Notes under the pieces: generated by a model
Databases searched by the model: none
Told to the model about the DNA's origin: nothing
The model's input: only the letters and a program-made list of their open reading frames with translations
NCBI GenBank assembly: GCA_963828355.1
Contig: CAWHFD010000012.1
Span: forward strand, 28,935 to 92,934
Direction: 5' to 3'
DNA length: 64,000 nt
Origin: an uncultured Verrucomicrobiae bacterium
GTDB taxonomy: Bacteria; Verrucomicrobiota; Verrucomicrobiia; Chthoniobacterales; UBA10450
Shown here: positions 40,600-50,852 of the stretch, piece after piece
How the letters are laid out: each line of letters begins with the position of its first letter
Position numbering within the stretch: the first letter of the stretch is position 1
Made by a program: the position numbers and the translations under genes

Positions 40600-41478
40600 T
40601 CAGTCGATTAGCTGAACGGTTCGCAAAATGCTGGAAAGCTCTTCCTGATCGGCAGCGTAGTAGGCTTCCCATTTGAGGCGATCTTCCGGCACGAGCGGCT
40701 CATACTTGCGAGGCTTGCTGTTCAGCAGGTGATAGGTGTCTTGGAGCATTTTGGCGATCGCCGGCGATTTCAGAAGTTTGTCCACACCCGGAACTGCGGA
40801 GATACCGGCATAGAGTCGCTGGGCGCCAGCTTGAATGATTGGAAAACGAGGAGCCCGCGCCGGGTTCTTCCCGGTTTCAAACTGCGGTTTGAAGTCCGTT
40901 GCTACGCCCAGGAATTCGTAGACGCCCCGACAAACGCGTTCAGGATCGCGCCGGATCGCGTCGAATTGGACGACCAGAATGTTCTTCGCAGGAAATCGGT
41001 CGCGATATGGCCTGAGGTGGTGCGCGAAGCATCCCAAGTCTCGGAGAAACGGATTCTCCATCATCTCCTCAAACGATTCAGGCAAAGAGGCCACCAAGGC
41101 GCTCCTGCCGTAACAGTACCAGGAGTAAATCATCTCAGCCGGCGGCCGCAGGCAGACCAGCAGTTTGATGTCTGGCCGGTAAGCCGCGATCCTGGTTGCC
41201 GCTTCCTCCGAGTAGAGATAGGCGGGACAAAACTCTCCGCGGCACGTAATCGCTCCGGCGACCGCAGGGAATTGTTCGTGATACCAGGCGACACCTCGGT
41301 CAAAGCAGCGCAGTTCCTGGTCAGCGATCCGCCGCGCGATCGTATCGGCGAAATAATACACCTCCTTGTCTGGCGCGAAGCCGATTTGCGGATGGGCTTC
41401 AAGCTGGGCGGAAAGCCAGGTGGTTCCGCACTTGGGTGCGCCAATGCCTATAAAATCAATGTGCTGCAGATTAGGCAT
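40600..41478 (-). CDS. sulfotransferase-family protein
   Basis: PAPS 5'-phosphosulfate-binding loop GIGAPKCGTTWLSAQL. The ATG at 41478 is preferred over the track start at 41538. Confidence 0.8.
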   Translation of the reverse strand: MPNLQHIDFIGIGAPKCGTTWLSAQLEAHPQIGFAPDKEVYYFADTIARRIADQELRCFDRGVAWYHEQFPAVAGAITCRGEFCPAYLYSEEAATRIAAYRPDIKLLVCLRPPAEMIYSWYCYGRSALVASLPESFEEMMENPFLRDLGCFAHHLRPYRDRFPAKNILVVQFDAIRRDPERVCRGVYEFLGVATDFKPQFETGKNPARAPRFPIIQAGAQRLYAGISAVPGVDKLLKSPAIAKMLQDTYHLLNSKPRKYEPLVPEDRLKWEAYYAADQEELSSILRTVQLID

Positions 41479-41602
41479 TGTTGGCGTGGTTATTCGGAAA
41501 GTGTGCTCTGAGCATTTTGTCGTGTTCAGTGCACACAAACAATTTCCAAAGAAACCAGGAACGTAGGAAATACTTTCCAGTAAGGATCAACTCCTGATTT
41601 CC

Positions 41603-42787
41603 TTAGAGATTCTTGTTCACCCAGCCGCTGACACGGTCGAGCGCTTTCTCGATATTCTCGATCGAATTAGCCACGCTGAAACGCAAATAACCTTCGCCGA
41701 ATTCGCCGAATGCGGTGCCGGAGAGCGCAGCGACGCCGGCATCGTCAAGCAATGCGTCAGCCAGTTTCTTCGAAGGCCACCCGGTCTCGGTGATGTTCGG
41801 AAAAACATAGAACGCGCCGTGGGGCAATTGACAGGAGAAGCCCTTGATTTTGTTCAGCCCGGCGACCATCACATCGCGGCGTTTCTTGAACTCGTCGCGC
41901 ATGTGATCGACTGACTCCTGCGGGCCGCGCAGTGCTTGAATGCCGGCGACTTGAGAAAAGCTCGCAGTGCAGGAGCTGGAGTTCGTCATTAATCGTGAAA
42001 TGTGCGTGGCCAGATCCACGCGCATGACGCCGTAACCCATGCGCCAGCCGGTCATAGCGTAAGTCTTGGAAAAACCGTCCAGCAAAATCGTGCGCTCCTT
42101 CATTCCGTCGAGCGACATGATGGAGTGGTGCTCGCCTTCGAAAATGAGGCGGCTATAAATCTCGTCGCTCAACACCATTATGTTGCGGTCGTCGATTGCG
42201 CTCGCTACCGCTTCGATATCCTTCTTCTCCAGCACGCCGCCGGTTGGGTTCTGCGGCGAGTTCAGAATGATGAGCTTTGTGCGATCGTTGATAAGACTGG
42301 CCAGCTCATCGACGTCGACGCGGAAATCCAGGTCTTCGCGCAACCGGATCGGCACCGCCTTCGCGCCGACATAGTTGATCATTGACTCGTAAATCGGGAA
42401 TCCGGGATTCGGGTAAATGACTTCATCGCCGTCTTCAGCGAGCGCGAGAATGGAGAAAAAAATGATGGGCTTACCGCCGGGGACAACTACGACTTCATCA
42501 GGCGCCACATGCACCCGCCGGGTTTCGCTCACGTGCTGTGCGATAACCTCGCGCAACTCGATCAAACCGGCCGAAGGTCCGTAATGCGTGAAGCCCTTGT
42601 GCAGCGCGTCGCAAGCCGCATCGATGATATTGCGCGGCGTATCGAAATCGGGCTCCCCTATTTCAAGATGAATGATGTCGCGGCCCTTTGCCTCGAGCGC
42701 TTTCGCTTTGGCCAACACTTCAAACGCTGTCTCGGTGCCGAGACGTGCCATGCGCCTGGCCAGTCGAAGTTCAAACGCTCGGGTCAT
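41603..42787 (-). CDS. PLP-dependent aminotransferase, class I/II (aspartate aminotransferase-like)
   Basis: IHLEIGEPDFDTP, NPQNPTGGV and SFSKTYAMTGWRMGY (PLP lysine) motifs. Confidence 0.88.
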   Translation of the reverse strand: MTRAFELRLARRMARLGTETAFEVLAKAKALEAKGRDIIHLEIGEPDFDTPRNIIDAACDALHKGFTHYGPSAGLIELREVIAQHVSETRRVHVAPDEVVVVPGGKPIIFFSILALAEDGDEVIYPNPGFPIYESMINYVGAKAVPIRLREDLDFRVDVDELASLINDRTKLIILNSPQNPTGGVLEKKDIEAVASAIDDRNIMVLSDEIYSRLIFEGEHHSIMSLDGMKERTILLDGFSKTYAMTGWRMGYGVMRVDLATHISRLMTNSSSCTASFSQVAGIQALRGPQESVDHMRDEFKKRRDVMVAGLNKIKGFSCQLPHGAFYVFPNITETGWPSKKLADALLDDAGVAALSGTAFGEFGEGYLRFSVANSIENIEKALDRVSGWVNKNL

Positions 42788-42988
42788 ACGATGTATAATG
42801 TTATCGACAATTAGCGTTAACCAATTTGCAGTCCGGCACAAATCCTAGCACAAGATCGGCACGGGTGTGAACGCAACCAGCCATATTGGGGGATTGGCAA
42901 ACCCACCAGAGTTACCATCTCGTTGTTCTCGATCTCCAGTTGCGGATTCGACCTCCATCATCCCGCTGGCTTATATTGATGGCGCAAA

Positions 42989-43843
42989 ATGAGCGAGCCC
43001 GAATCCAGAATTCGGAACATCTCTGACACGGCGCGATGGGTGGCGGTTTATCGTGCGCGGGAGACAGAGCGAACGGACGCCGTGTTTCACGATCCGTTTG
43101 CGCGGCGACTTGCTGGGGAACGTGGAGAACAAATCGCCGCCTCGATGTCGTTCGCGGAAAAGAACTCGTGGCCGTTCGTGGCACGCACGTTGCTTATCGA
43201 CCATGTGATTTCGAGGCAGGTCAAACTGGGGACGGACATGGTTGTTAATCTCGCGGCGGGACTCGATGCCCGGCCTTACCGCATGAATCTCCCCGGCTCT
43301 CTGCAATGGATCGAAGTCGATCTACCGGAAATTCTGGCGTACAAGGAGGATGTCCTTCGAAATGAAACGCCGGTCTGCCAACTTGAACGGGTCCGGCTGG
43401 ATCTTTCCGATGTGCCCGCTCGCCGTGAACTCTTCTCAAAGCTGGGTCGCCGAGCAAATCGAGCGCTCGTTGTCAGCGAGGGTTTGCTCGTTTACCTCGA
43501 CGAAGAAGAAGTAATGTCACTTGGCCAGGACCTTGCCGCTGCCCGGAATTTTCAGCACTGGGTCCTTGATCTGGCTTCGCCTGCGCTCTTGAAAATGTTG
43601 GCGAAAAAGATGGGCGCACCTCTCGACCAGGCAGGCGCGCCGTTAAAGTTCGCACCCCGGGAAGGCCCGGACTTCTTTGTCCGCAGCGGCTGGAAACCAG
43701 TGAAGATTGATAGCGTTATGCATGCGGCGGCGAAATTGAATCGCCTTTCCTTTTTTCTGCGACTAATCGCAAAAATCTCCTCGCCGGCATTTCAAGCAAA
43801 GAGGCCGTGGTCGGCTGTCTGTCTTCTGGCAAGAGAATTCTAG
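42989..43843 (+). CDS. SAM-dependent methyltransferase (leucine carboxyl MTase / TIGR00027-like family)
   Basis: ISDTARWVAVYRARETER...FHDPFARRLAG...VVNLAAGLDARPYR. Confidence 0.8.
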   Translation: MSEPESRIRNISDTARWVAVYRARETERTDAVFHDPFARRLAGERGEQIAASMSFAEKNSWPFVARTLLIDHVISRQVKLGTDMVVNLAAGLDARPYRMNLPGSLQWIEVDLPEILAYKEDVLRNETPVCQLERVRLDLSDVPARRELFSKLGRRANRALVVSEGLLVYLDEEEVMSLGQDLAAARNFQHWVLDLASPALLKMLAKKMGAPLDQAGAPLKFAPREGPDFFVRSGWKPVKIDSVMHAAAKLNRLSFFLRLIAKISSPAFQAKRPWSAVCLLAREF

Positions 43844-43937
43844 CCCGTCGCTGCGGCAGACGGCTATCCAAGATTTTCGCTTCCGGTTCGCTCGAGAAAT
43901 CCGCGTTGGGGATTTTCACGATATTCGAGCGACGCCA

Positions 43938-44726
43938 TTGGAGGTCGGCCGGCGTAGTTGGAAAATAACCTTCTATCGATTTCATCGTAATTTATTGGCC
44001 GAGTCGTCGCCGCCTATCGGCAGACCATGGTTGAATTTGGATTTTCCGTCCATCAGCCTCTACAGTTTCAATTGTGTGAAGCGCTGGTGGCCACTTGTTG
44101 TTAGCGTTCTGCTTCTGATCGTCGCAGCTGTCGCGCTGCAGATTGATTGGAATTGGAAGCGAAAACTCGCGCCGCGCGGCGGCCGTCCGTTTTTTCATCG
44201 CGTCGAACTGGCGGTACCGTCGTTCCAGCAATCGGACGACAAATGGCGCGACGATCCGCTGGGCGGGATTGTAGAAAACGGCACGTTGGGCGGCGAAGGC
44301 TGCGCCGTGGCGGCCGCGGCGATGGTGTTCAAGTTTTATGGCATCGACGTCGATCCGCAACAGTTGAACTGGTTCCTAAGTTCGGTGGGCGGATACACGG
44401 AGCAAGGCTGGCTTTACTGGGATCGCGCGGCGTGGTTCGCGCCGGATCGCGTCCGGCACGTGTACGAAGACCTGCCGTCGTATCAACTGATTGATTCGAA
44501 CATTGCGCACGGAAATCCCGTGATCGTGCGCGTGCGTTTGGGCGGCGGCATCACCCATTTTGTCGTCATTGCAGGGAAAGACGGCTTCGATTATCTTGTG
44601 CGTGATCCAGGCGCTGGCTCCAGCAAAGGTCTTTATCCCCTGCGCGAACTCGGCAGCGATATCGAGGCGCTGCGATTTTACCAGCCGATCTCGCCTGCGA
44701 ATCCACGGATCTCCGCGAAAGGGTAA
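43938..44726 (+). CDS. membrane-anchored C39-like (papain-fold) peptidase-domain protein
   Basis: A TM helix (WWPLVVSVLLLIVAAVAL), then GEGCAVAAAAMVFKFYG (candidate Cys) and GITHFVVIAGKDG (candidate His). The more likely start is GTG 44076. Confidence 0.55.
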   Translation: MEVGRRSWKITFYRFHRNLLAESSPPIGRPWLNLDFPSISLYSFNCVKRWWPLVVSVLLLIVAAVALQIDWNWKRKLAPRGGRPFFHRVELAVPSFQQSDDKWRDDPLGGIVENGTLGGEGCAVAAAAMVFKFYGIDVDPQQLNWFLSSVGGYTEQGWLYWDRAAWFAPDRVRHVYEDLPSYQLIDSNIAHGNPVIVRVRLGGGITHFVVIAGKDGFDYLVRDPGAGSSKGLYPLRELGSDIEALRFYQPISPANPRISAKG

Positions 44727-44740
44727 GCGTTGAATCTTTT

Positions 44741-46065
44741 ATGGGTGTCATGTTGCAAGCGTTTTATTGGGACTGTCCGCGCGCTGAAAATCGCGAACAC
44801 CAATGGTGGACGTTCATTAAGTCAAAACTGCCTTCGATCGCGCAGGCCGGTTTCACCGCGTTGTGGCTTCCGCCGGCAAATAAGGCAGCGAGTTGGACGT
44901 CGATGGGCTACGATCCATACGATTACTACGATCTCGGCGAGTTCGATCAGAAAGGTGGCGTCCCCACGTGGTTCGGTTCCAAAGTTGAGTTGCTCGACCT
45001 CATCGAGTCCGCGCACGCGAACGGATTACAGGTGTATGCAGATCTCGTATTCAATCACAACAGCGGCGGCGACGCACAGGAACTGAATCCACTCGACGGC
45101 CAATCGCGCTGGACAAAGTTCACGCCAAAGAGCGGCAATGTTTCCGCGTGATTGGAAATGTTTTCATCCCAGCCAATACGAGACCTGGGACGGCGCGACC
45201 TTCGGCGACATGCCCGATCTCTGCCATCGCACGCCGTTTCGTTTACACCGAGCTCATCAATTATGCCCGCTGGTTACTGGAAGAAATCGGATTCGACGGA
45301 TTCCGTTACGACATGGTCAAGGGTTACGGCGGCTGGATGGTTCGCTCCATCCAGGAACTGCGCGCACTGCGCGGCAGCGTTAGTATCAAGCCTTACGCGG
45401 TCGGCGAATGCTGGGACAGCGAACGCACCATCGACGATTGGCTCGACGAAGCCAACGCATGGTCGGATAACCCGGTCGGCGCATTTGATTTTCCGCTGCG
45501 CTGGCGGCTGCAGGACTTGTGCGACAGCTATGGTTTCAGCCTGCGCAATCTTGCCAAGCCCGGAGTTTTAATGTGGGACCGTCCGGCTCAAGCGGTAACG
45601 TTTGTGGAGAATCACGACGTCGTGCGTGACAGCCCCATCATCAACGACAAGCTGCTCGCATACGCATTCATCCTTACACACGAAGGTTACCCGTGTGTGT
45701 TCTGGCAGGATTACTTCAACTGGAATCTGGCCCAGCCAGATAATCAAAGCGGCATCGACGCCCTGATCAAAGTTCACGAACAAAATGCTGCCGGCCCGAC
45801 GCAGGTGCTCTTCGCCAACGACGACCTTTACATCATGCAGCGCTCAGGCACCGAAGACCAAAGCGGACTTATGTTTGTGCTGAATAACCAGAGCAACTGG
45901 AACGGCACGCGAATTCAGACGCGATGGAACAACACACGACTTGTGCCGAGAGCGTGGCGTGGCCACGATGACCTCGGCGTGCCGCAGGAAAAATGGACTA
46001 ACGAGTCGGGATGGGTCGATCTGTGGTCCCCGCCGCGCGGATATGCGGTGTACGTGCCTAACTAA
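44741..46065 (+). pseudogene. GH13 alpha-amylase interrupted by two frame changes
   Basis: Three consecutive frames carry contiguous amylase sequence: MLQAFYWDCP...VFNHNSGGD...TKFTPKSG | FPRDWKCFHPSQYETWDGATFGDMPDLCHRTPF | VYTELINYARWLLEEIGFDGFRYDMVKGY...FVENHD... Confidence 0.8.
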
Positions 46066-46363
46066 AGCTGAGTTAGTGCTGATACGTTTCCTAGCGACTC
46101 AAAGTTCGTTTCAGCGAGGACGCCGAAACCAACAAGCGGGAACGTGCGCTCGCCGAAAGGACGCTACCATCAACTGCTCCGATCGCTTCATCACGGCTAC
46201 GATCTGGTTTGGCATTGCCTTAGCGATTTTCGCGAACACCGGCCTCTCGGAATCGTTCGGGCTCAGCGTATCCATGCGCATGTGGGCGCTGCTCGAAGTC
46301 ACAGCGCCGATCTCAGCGCATCGACCTTTAACAAGCTCGGAAATTTCTCGGAATTATCCGGAA

Positions 46364-46891
46364 TTACGGCACTAGGAAAATTCTTCCCGTGTATGGATCT
46401 TTGACAGCAGACCCCGGCGCAAATCCCCTGACATCGATGTAACTTCCCTCTGGCACATATGGACTTGTGACCATGCCTTTCCGACCCGGGACGGGAATTC
46501 CATACGGCATATCTCCTTTCGCTTTTTCCGCAGGGACAGCTGAAGCCCGCATGACAGTCACAGTAGGAGTAACGTTCTCCTTTTTAACGACGAGTGTGGG
46601 CTCTTCAACTGGAGTGGGCGACGCCTCGGGACCATTGGAATCTTGCGAACCGGGGCGCCGCAAGCCATGCTTCGTCTTCTTCCCAGTCGGATTGGGCGTG
46701 GGTCGAGGCTGGAAAGCCTTCGAAACGGACTGGCCAACTCGTTTGAAAAAATCTCCGACCGCATCCGCGTTCGCTCGTGGTTCGCCGAAAAGGAACAGCA
46801 CAACCGCTGGCAATGAAACCCAGCGCGAGCGAACGAGGCGTTTAATCGAATTATCAGTGTTCAAAGTGAAACTGGAATTTTTCACGAACAT
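46364..46891 (-). CDS. secreted hypothetical protein
   Basis: Hydrophobic N-terminal signal-like segment, a Pro/Thr-rich linker, and a C-terminal motif PYGIPVPGRKGMVTSPY...DPYTGRIFLVP. Confidence 0.55.
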   Translation of the reverse strand: MFVKNSSFTLNTDNSIKRLVRSRWVSLPAVVLFLFGEPRANADAVGDFFKRVGQSVSKAFQPRPTPNPTGKKTKHGLRRPGSQDSNGPEASPTPVEEPTLVVKKENVTPTVTVMRASAVPAEKAKGDMPYGIPVPGRKGMVTSPYVPEGSYIDVRGFAPGSAVKDPYTGRIFLVP

Positions 46892-46989
46892 TGGGGGCTA
46901 AGAGAAGAAAATTTTTCTTTACACGAACGGGCTCCTGTTAAGGTCGATTAGTTTCGCGATCGCCGCCCGTCGATACCGACAGTTGCTTG

Positions 46990-47487
46990 TCAAAATGAAT
47001 AATGCAAACGGAGCAACTGAGGCGGATCATGAAGCGATACGACAAATATTTCAGAGTAATCATCCTCAGGAATGGTGATCGGCGTTGTGATCCCAAGAGC
47101 TTTCATCAGGTCGGGAATGGTGTTGCCGTGACCCACCACCAGCGCGTTGCCGCTTGATGCACGAACTTTCGCAGCCAATCCGGCAACATCATTTGCTGGA
47201 ACCACTGTAGAGTTAAGGTGCGCCGCTTTCGCCGTTGGCGCCGCGGTTTCCTGTGTGCGCTTGAATTCCGTAACGAACACGGCCGTGATTTGCGAATCCT
47301 GCAAAATACGTGCGAGCGCCTCCGCCCGCTTTTGACCTGCGACAGACAAATCGGGATCATCACCGCTATTGGTTGCCTTCTCTGCATGACGAACAACGAA
47401 AATGACAGGCGTGGCGTTGGCAGCCGATGCCAACAAAAAGGGGATCGAAAGAATCAACGCCAGACGTGGAACCAGAATCGTTTTCAT
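46990..47487 (-). CDS. secreted histidine phosphatase-family protein (SixA/PGAM-like)
   Basis: Signal peptide plus the RHAEK catalytic motif (VIFVVRHAEKA) and the later HGNTI. Confidence 0.8.
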   Translation of the reverse strand: MKTILVPRLALILSIPFLLASAANATPVIFVVRHAEKATNSGDDPDLSVAGQKRAEALARILQDSQITAVFVTEFKRTQETAAPTAKAAHLNSTVVPANDVAGLAAKVRASSGNALVVGHGNTIPDLMKALGITTPITIPEDDYSEIFVVSLHDPPQLLRLHYSF

Positions 47488-47511
47488 CAGTGTGACGAGT
47501 ATAGTCGCGGC

Positions 47512-47970
47512 ATGTTTAAAGCGACCCTCATTTTTCTCTTACTGGCATCGACTGCTTTTGCGCAAAACTCAGCGAAAGACGAAGCGAGGGTCTGGCAGTT
47601 GGAAAAAGCGTATTGGGAATACGTGAAGGCTAACGACCTTGAAAAGTATCGCGCGCTTTGGCACGAGAACTTCCTCGGTTGGCCATTTATCAGTTCGGCG
47701 CCGGTGCGCAAGGATCACATCACCGACTGGATCACTGCGAACACGTCCAAAAGCATCAAACTCCAATCGTACTCGATCGAGCAGCTCGCCGTTCAGGTGA
47801 CCGGCGATGTCGCGCTCGACTACTATCGAATTAATGCAACCTGGGCTAATGGTGAAGGCGCGGAGGTCAGGAACGACAGATTGCGAATCACGCACACATG
47901 GATTCGCACGGGCGGCACGTGGCAGATCATCGGCGGCATGTCCTCGCCTGTGAACGCGGAGGGTAAATAG
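47512..47970 (+). CDS. secreted NTF2-fold protein (DUF4440/SnoaL-like)
   Basis: Signal peptide MFKATLIFLLLASTAFAQ and a pattern typical of DUF4440. The upstream part of the track ORF (47218-) is antisense to the phosphatase gene. Confidence 0.65.
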   Translation: MFKATLIFLLLASTAFAQNSAKDEARVWQLEKAYWEYVKANDLEKYRALWHENFLGWPFISSAPVRKDHITDWITANTSKSIKLQSYSIEQLAVQVTGDVALDYYRINATWANGEGAEVRNDRLRITHTWIRTGGTWQIIGGMSSPVNAEGK

Positions 47971-47998
47971 CCACGCCATCACGCCTCCCTTCGAACAG

Positions 47999-48523
47999 AT
48001 GTCTTCAGTCGTCTTTCTTCGCGCCGTGAACGTCGGCGGAACGAATCTTTGCCGGCCGGCACTGCTAGCGAAACAGCTCAGCCGATTTGGCGTAATCAAT
48101 ATCGGCGCCGTCGGCACATTCGTGGTTCGCGCAGATGTGAGCGAACCGGTTCTGCGCAATGCGTTCGCGAAGAAGTTACCCTTTAAATGCGAGATCATGA
48201 TCTGCCCGGCACGCGACATCACCAGGTTGGCATCAATGGAGTTATTCTCACAACTACCATCGGGCGCTGACATCACGCGATTCGTGAACGTGTTGGCTAG
48301 GCGAGTTCAGGCGCCGCCTTCTCTCCCTCTCGGGCTCCCCTCGAACGCGGGCTGGCTACTCAAGATCATTGCTATCGAAGACAGATTTGTGTTGGGCTTG
48401 TATCGTCGGCGTATGAAAGCGATCGGCTACCTCGGAAAGATCGAGAAGCTTTTGGGTGTCCCGGCGACGACGCGCAACTGGAATACCATCGAGAAAATCG
48501 CAAAACTTCTTCGCAGCGCATAA
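47999..48523 (+). CDS. DUF1697-family protein
   Basis: N-terminus VVFLRAVNVGGTN is characteristic of DUF1697. Confidence 0.7.
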   Translation: MSSVVFLRAVNVGGTNLCRPALLAKQLSRFGVINIGAVGTFVVRADVSEPVLRNAFAKKLPFKCEIMICPARDITRLASMELFSQLPSGADITRFVNVLARRVQAPPSLPLGLPSNAGWLLKIIAIEDRFVLGLYRRRMKAIGYLGKIEKLLGVPATTRNWNTIEKIAKLLRSA

Positions 48524-48812
48524 GCGCTGATCCATTTTCTCGCCGAGCAATTAAAACTCCCCCCCGGCATGCGCTCGTGTTGGAACGCGGCCACGGATCG
48601 CGCGACAAACTGATTCGGATAGATGGCTTAACCTCAGATGATGTACGCATGAGAATGCGCGGCGGAGAATGATAGACAGCCAAAGACGCGGGTGTCCTAA
48701 AGCGATGGACGTACTTGCCGCGTCGGGAATTCGTAAGGCGGAGACGTCTTGCTAAAAGATGGAGCGGATACGTCAAGTTTTGATTGTCGACACGTACACG
48801 TAGATTGCGCCT

Positions 48813-50543
48813 GTGATTGACGAGCAAGACGACGAACAATTTTATCGCGACACCGAGAGCGTTGCCTTTGCCAAGCTAGACGATCATCAGCTTTCGCTGC
48901 TTGAACCGCTAGGACAGCGTCGCGTCGTGCAGCGTGGCGATGTGGTGTACAAAGCAGGCCAGCGGGACGTTGGTCTGACCGTTGTTTTGCGCGGCGAAAT
49001 ACAGGTTGTCGAGCGGCGGGACGACATCGAACAGGAACTCGCGGTTGCGCACGATCGTGATTTCATCGGCGACGTGGCGATGTTACAAGGAACATCGACG
49101 CTCGCGACTGCGAGAGTGACATCTGACGAGGCCGAGATTCTGTACGTTCCCGCGGATAAACTCCGGCGTGCGCTCGCCGAGTTGCCGAGGGTTAGTAAAC
49201 CAATCGTGGACGCGTTGATCATGCGACGACGGCGGTTGCGTCGCGATCGCGAGTTTGCGGGATTGCGCGTGCTCGCTGCGCGCGGTGCGCGGGATGGACA
49301 TCAGCTCGACGATTTTCTGGATAAGAACCACATTCCGCATCGTCTGATCGAATTCGAGAGCGAACAAGGCCAGGCCTTGAGCAACCGTTTTCACCTCACC
49401 ACTCGCGATCTGCCGGTGCTGATTACTGCTGTCGGCGCGCCATTGCGCCGGCCGTCTTTGCGCGAAGTCGCCCAAGTTGCCGGCTTGCTGCGCCCACTCG
49501 CGCTTCAAGACGAAACGGAAATTTTGTCGGACGTCACGATTGTTGGCGCTGGACCCGCCGGACTTGGTGCGGCGGTGTATGCCGCTTCCGAAGGTTTGAA
49601 GACGGTTGTTCTGGAAAGCTATGCGCCTGGCGGACAGGCAGGCTCGTCCTCACTGATCGAGAATTTTTTTGGTTATCCCACCGGTATCAGCGGCGGCGAT
49701 TTAACATGGCTCGCCCAGCTTCAGGCTTATCGCTTCGGCGCGAAATTCTCTACACCGTCGCAGGTTCTCTCACTTCGTTACAATCCCGACGGTGAATACC
49801 GCGCGTGCATCGAGATTGAAGGTTGTCCCGCAATTCTGCGCGCAAAAGCTGTCCTGATCGCGACCGGCGCAGACTATCGCCGGCTCGACGCCGAGAATCG
49901 GGAACGCTTTGAAGGAATTGGCGTTTATTACGCAGCGACTGCGCTCGAAGGCCAGATTTGTAGAAACGAAACAGTGATCGTCGTGGGCAGCGGCAACTCG
50001 GCCGGACAAGCAGCGATGTTTCTTTCCGAGGGCGCGACCAAAGTGTTGCTCGTTATCCGTGGCGATGACATCACCAAAAAAATGTCCGACTACCTTTCGC
50101 GCCGCGTACAGGTCCAGCCAAATATCGAAATTCTTTATCGAACCGAGATTCGAAAAATGTTCGGCGGCCAAAGGCTCGAACAAGTCGAGTTGGAAAACAC
50201 GAAAACAGGCGAGCGACGCAACATCAAAACTCCGGCTGTGTTTTCCATGGTCGGTGCTCGGCCGTGCACAGAGTGGTTGCCGCCGGAAATCGAAAGAGAT
50301 GACAAAGGTTTCATCAAAACCGGCGCAGACGTCGCGGAAGCGCCAGCGTGGCGCGAAAACAAACGACGCCCCGCTCCGCTCGAAACCAGTCTGCCGGGAA
50401 TTTTTGCAGCCGGCGACGTTCGTTCCGGCTCCGTGAAGCGCTGCGCCGCGGCAGTCGGCGAAGGCGGCATGGCCGTTGCCGGAATCCACATGAGCCTGGC
50501 GTCACGTCGCAACGCGCCGGCGAACAAAACACCACAACAGTAA
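48813..50543 (+). CDS. cyclic-nucleotide-binding-domain + thioredoxin-reductase-like FAD/NAD(P) oxidoreductase
   Basis: N-terminal cNMP-binding-like domain, then VTIVGAGPAGLGAAVYAASEGL, VVGSGNSAGQAA and GIFAAGDVRSG motifs. Confidence 0.85.
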   Translation: MIDEQDDEQFYRDTESVAFAKLDDHQLSLLEPLGQRRVVQRGDVVYKAGQRDVGLTVVLRGEIQVVERRDDIEQELAVAHDRDFIGDVAMLQGTSTLATARVTSDEAEILYVPADKLRRALAELPRVSKPIVDALIMRRRRLRRDREFAGLRVLAARGARDGHQLDDFLDKNHIPHRLIEFESEQGQALSNRFHLTTRDLPVLITAVGAPLRRPSLREVAQVAGLLRPLALQDETEILSDVTIVGAGPAGLGAAVYAASEGLKTVVLESYAPGGQAGSSSLIENFFGYPTGISGGDLTWLAQLQAYRFGAKFSTPSQVLSLRYNPDGEYRACIEIEGCPAILRAKAVLIATGADYRRLDAENRERFEGIGVYYAATALEGQICRNETVIVVGSGNSAGQAAMFLSEGATKVLLVIRGDDITKKMSDYLSRRVQVQPNIEILYRTEIRKMFGGQRLEQVELENTKTGERRNIKTPAVFSMVGARPCTEWLPPEIERDDKGFIKTGADVAEAPAWRENKRRPAPLETSLPGIFAAGDVRSGSVKRCAAAVGEGGMAVAGIHMSLASRRNAPANKTPQQ

Positions 50544-50550
50544 GCGAATC

Positions 50551-50820
50551 ATGTCCGACCGAGGCTGCTCTCATCTGAATGCGATTGAGTCGGTGACCCA
50601 ACCGCAACGCCGTGAATGCGAAGAGTGCGTCAAGATCGGCAGCTATTGGGTCCATCTGCGGACGTGTCAGGCATGCGGCGTCACGCTCTGTTGCGATAGC
50701 TCACCGAATCAGCACGCCAGTAAACACGCACACGCCAGTGGTCATCCGGTCATTGCTTCGGCTCAACCCGGCGAACGCTGGCTGTACTGTTACCCAGATG
50801 AAGCCTTCTCAGAATACTGA
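50551..50820 (+). CDS. UBP-type zinc-finger protein
   Basis: CSHL...CEEC...WVHLRTCQACGVTLCCDSSPNQHASKHAHASGHP. Lies 7 nt after the preceding gene. Confidence 0.8.
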   Translation: MSDRGCSHLNAIESVTQPQRRECEECVKIGSYWVHLRTCQACGVTLCCDSSPNQHASKHAHASGHPVIASAQPGERWLYCYPDEAFSEY

Positions 50821-50852
50821 GCGGCGATTGGTTTCGGCGACAGGAAACAAAC

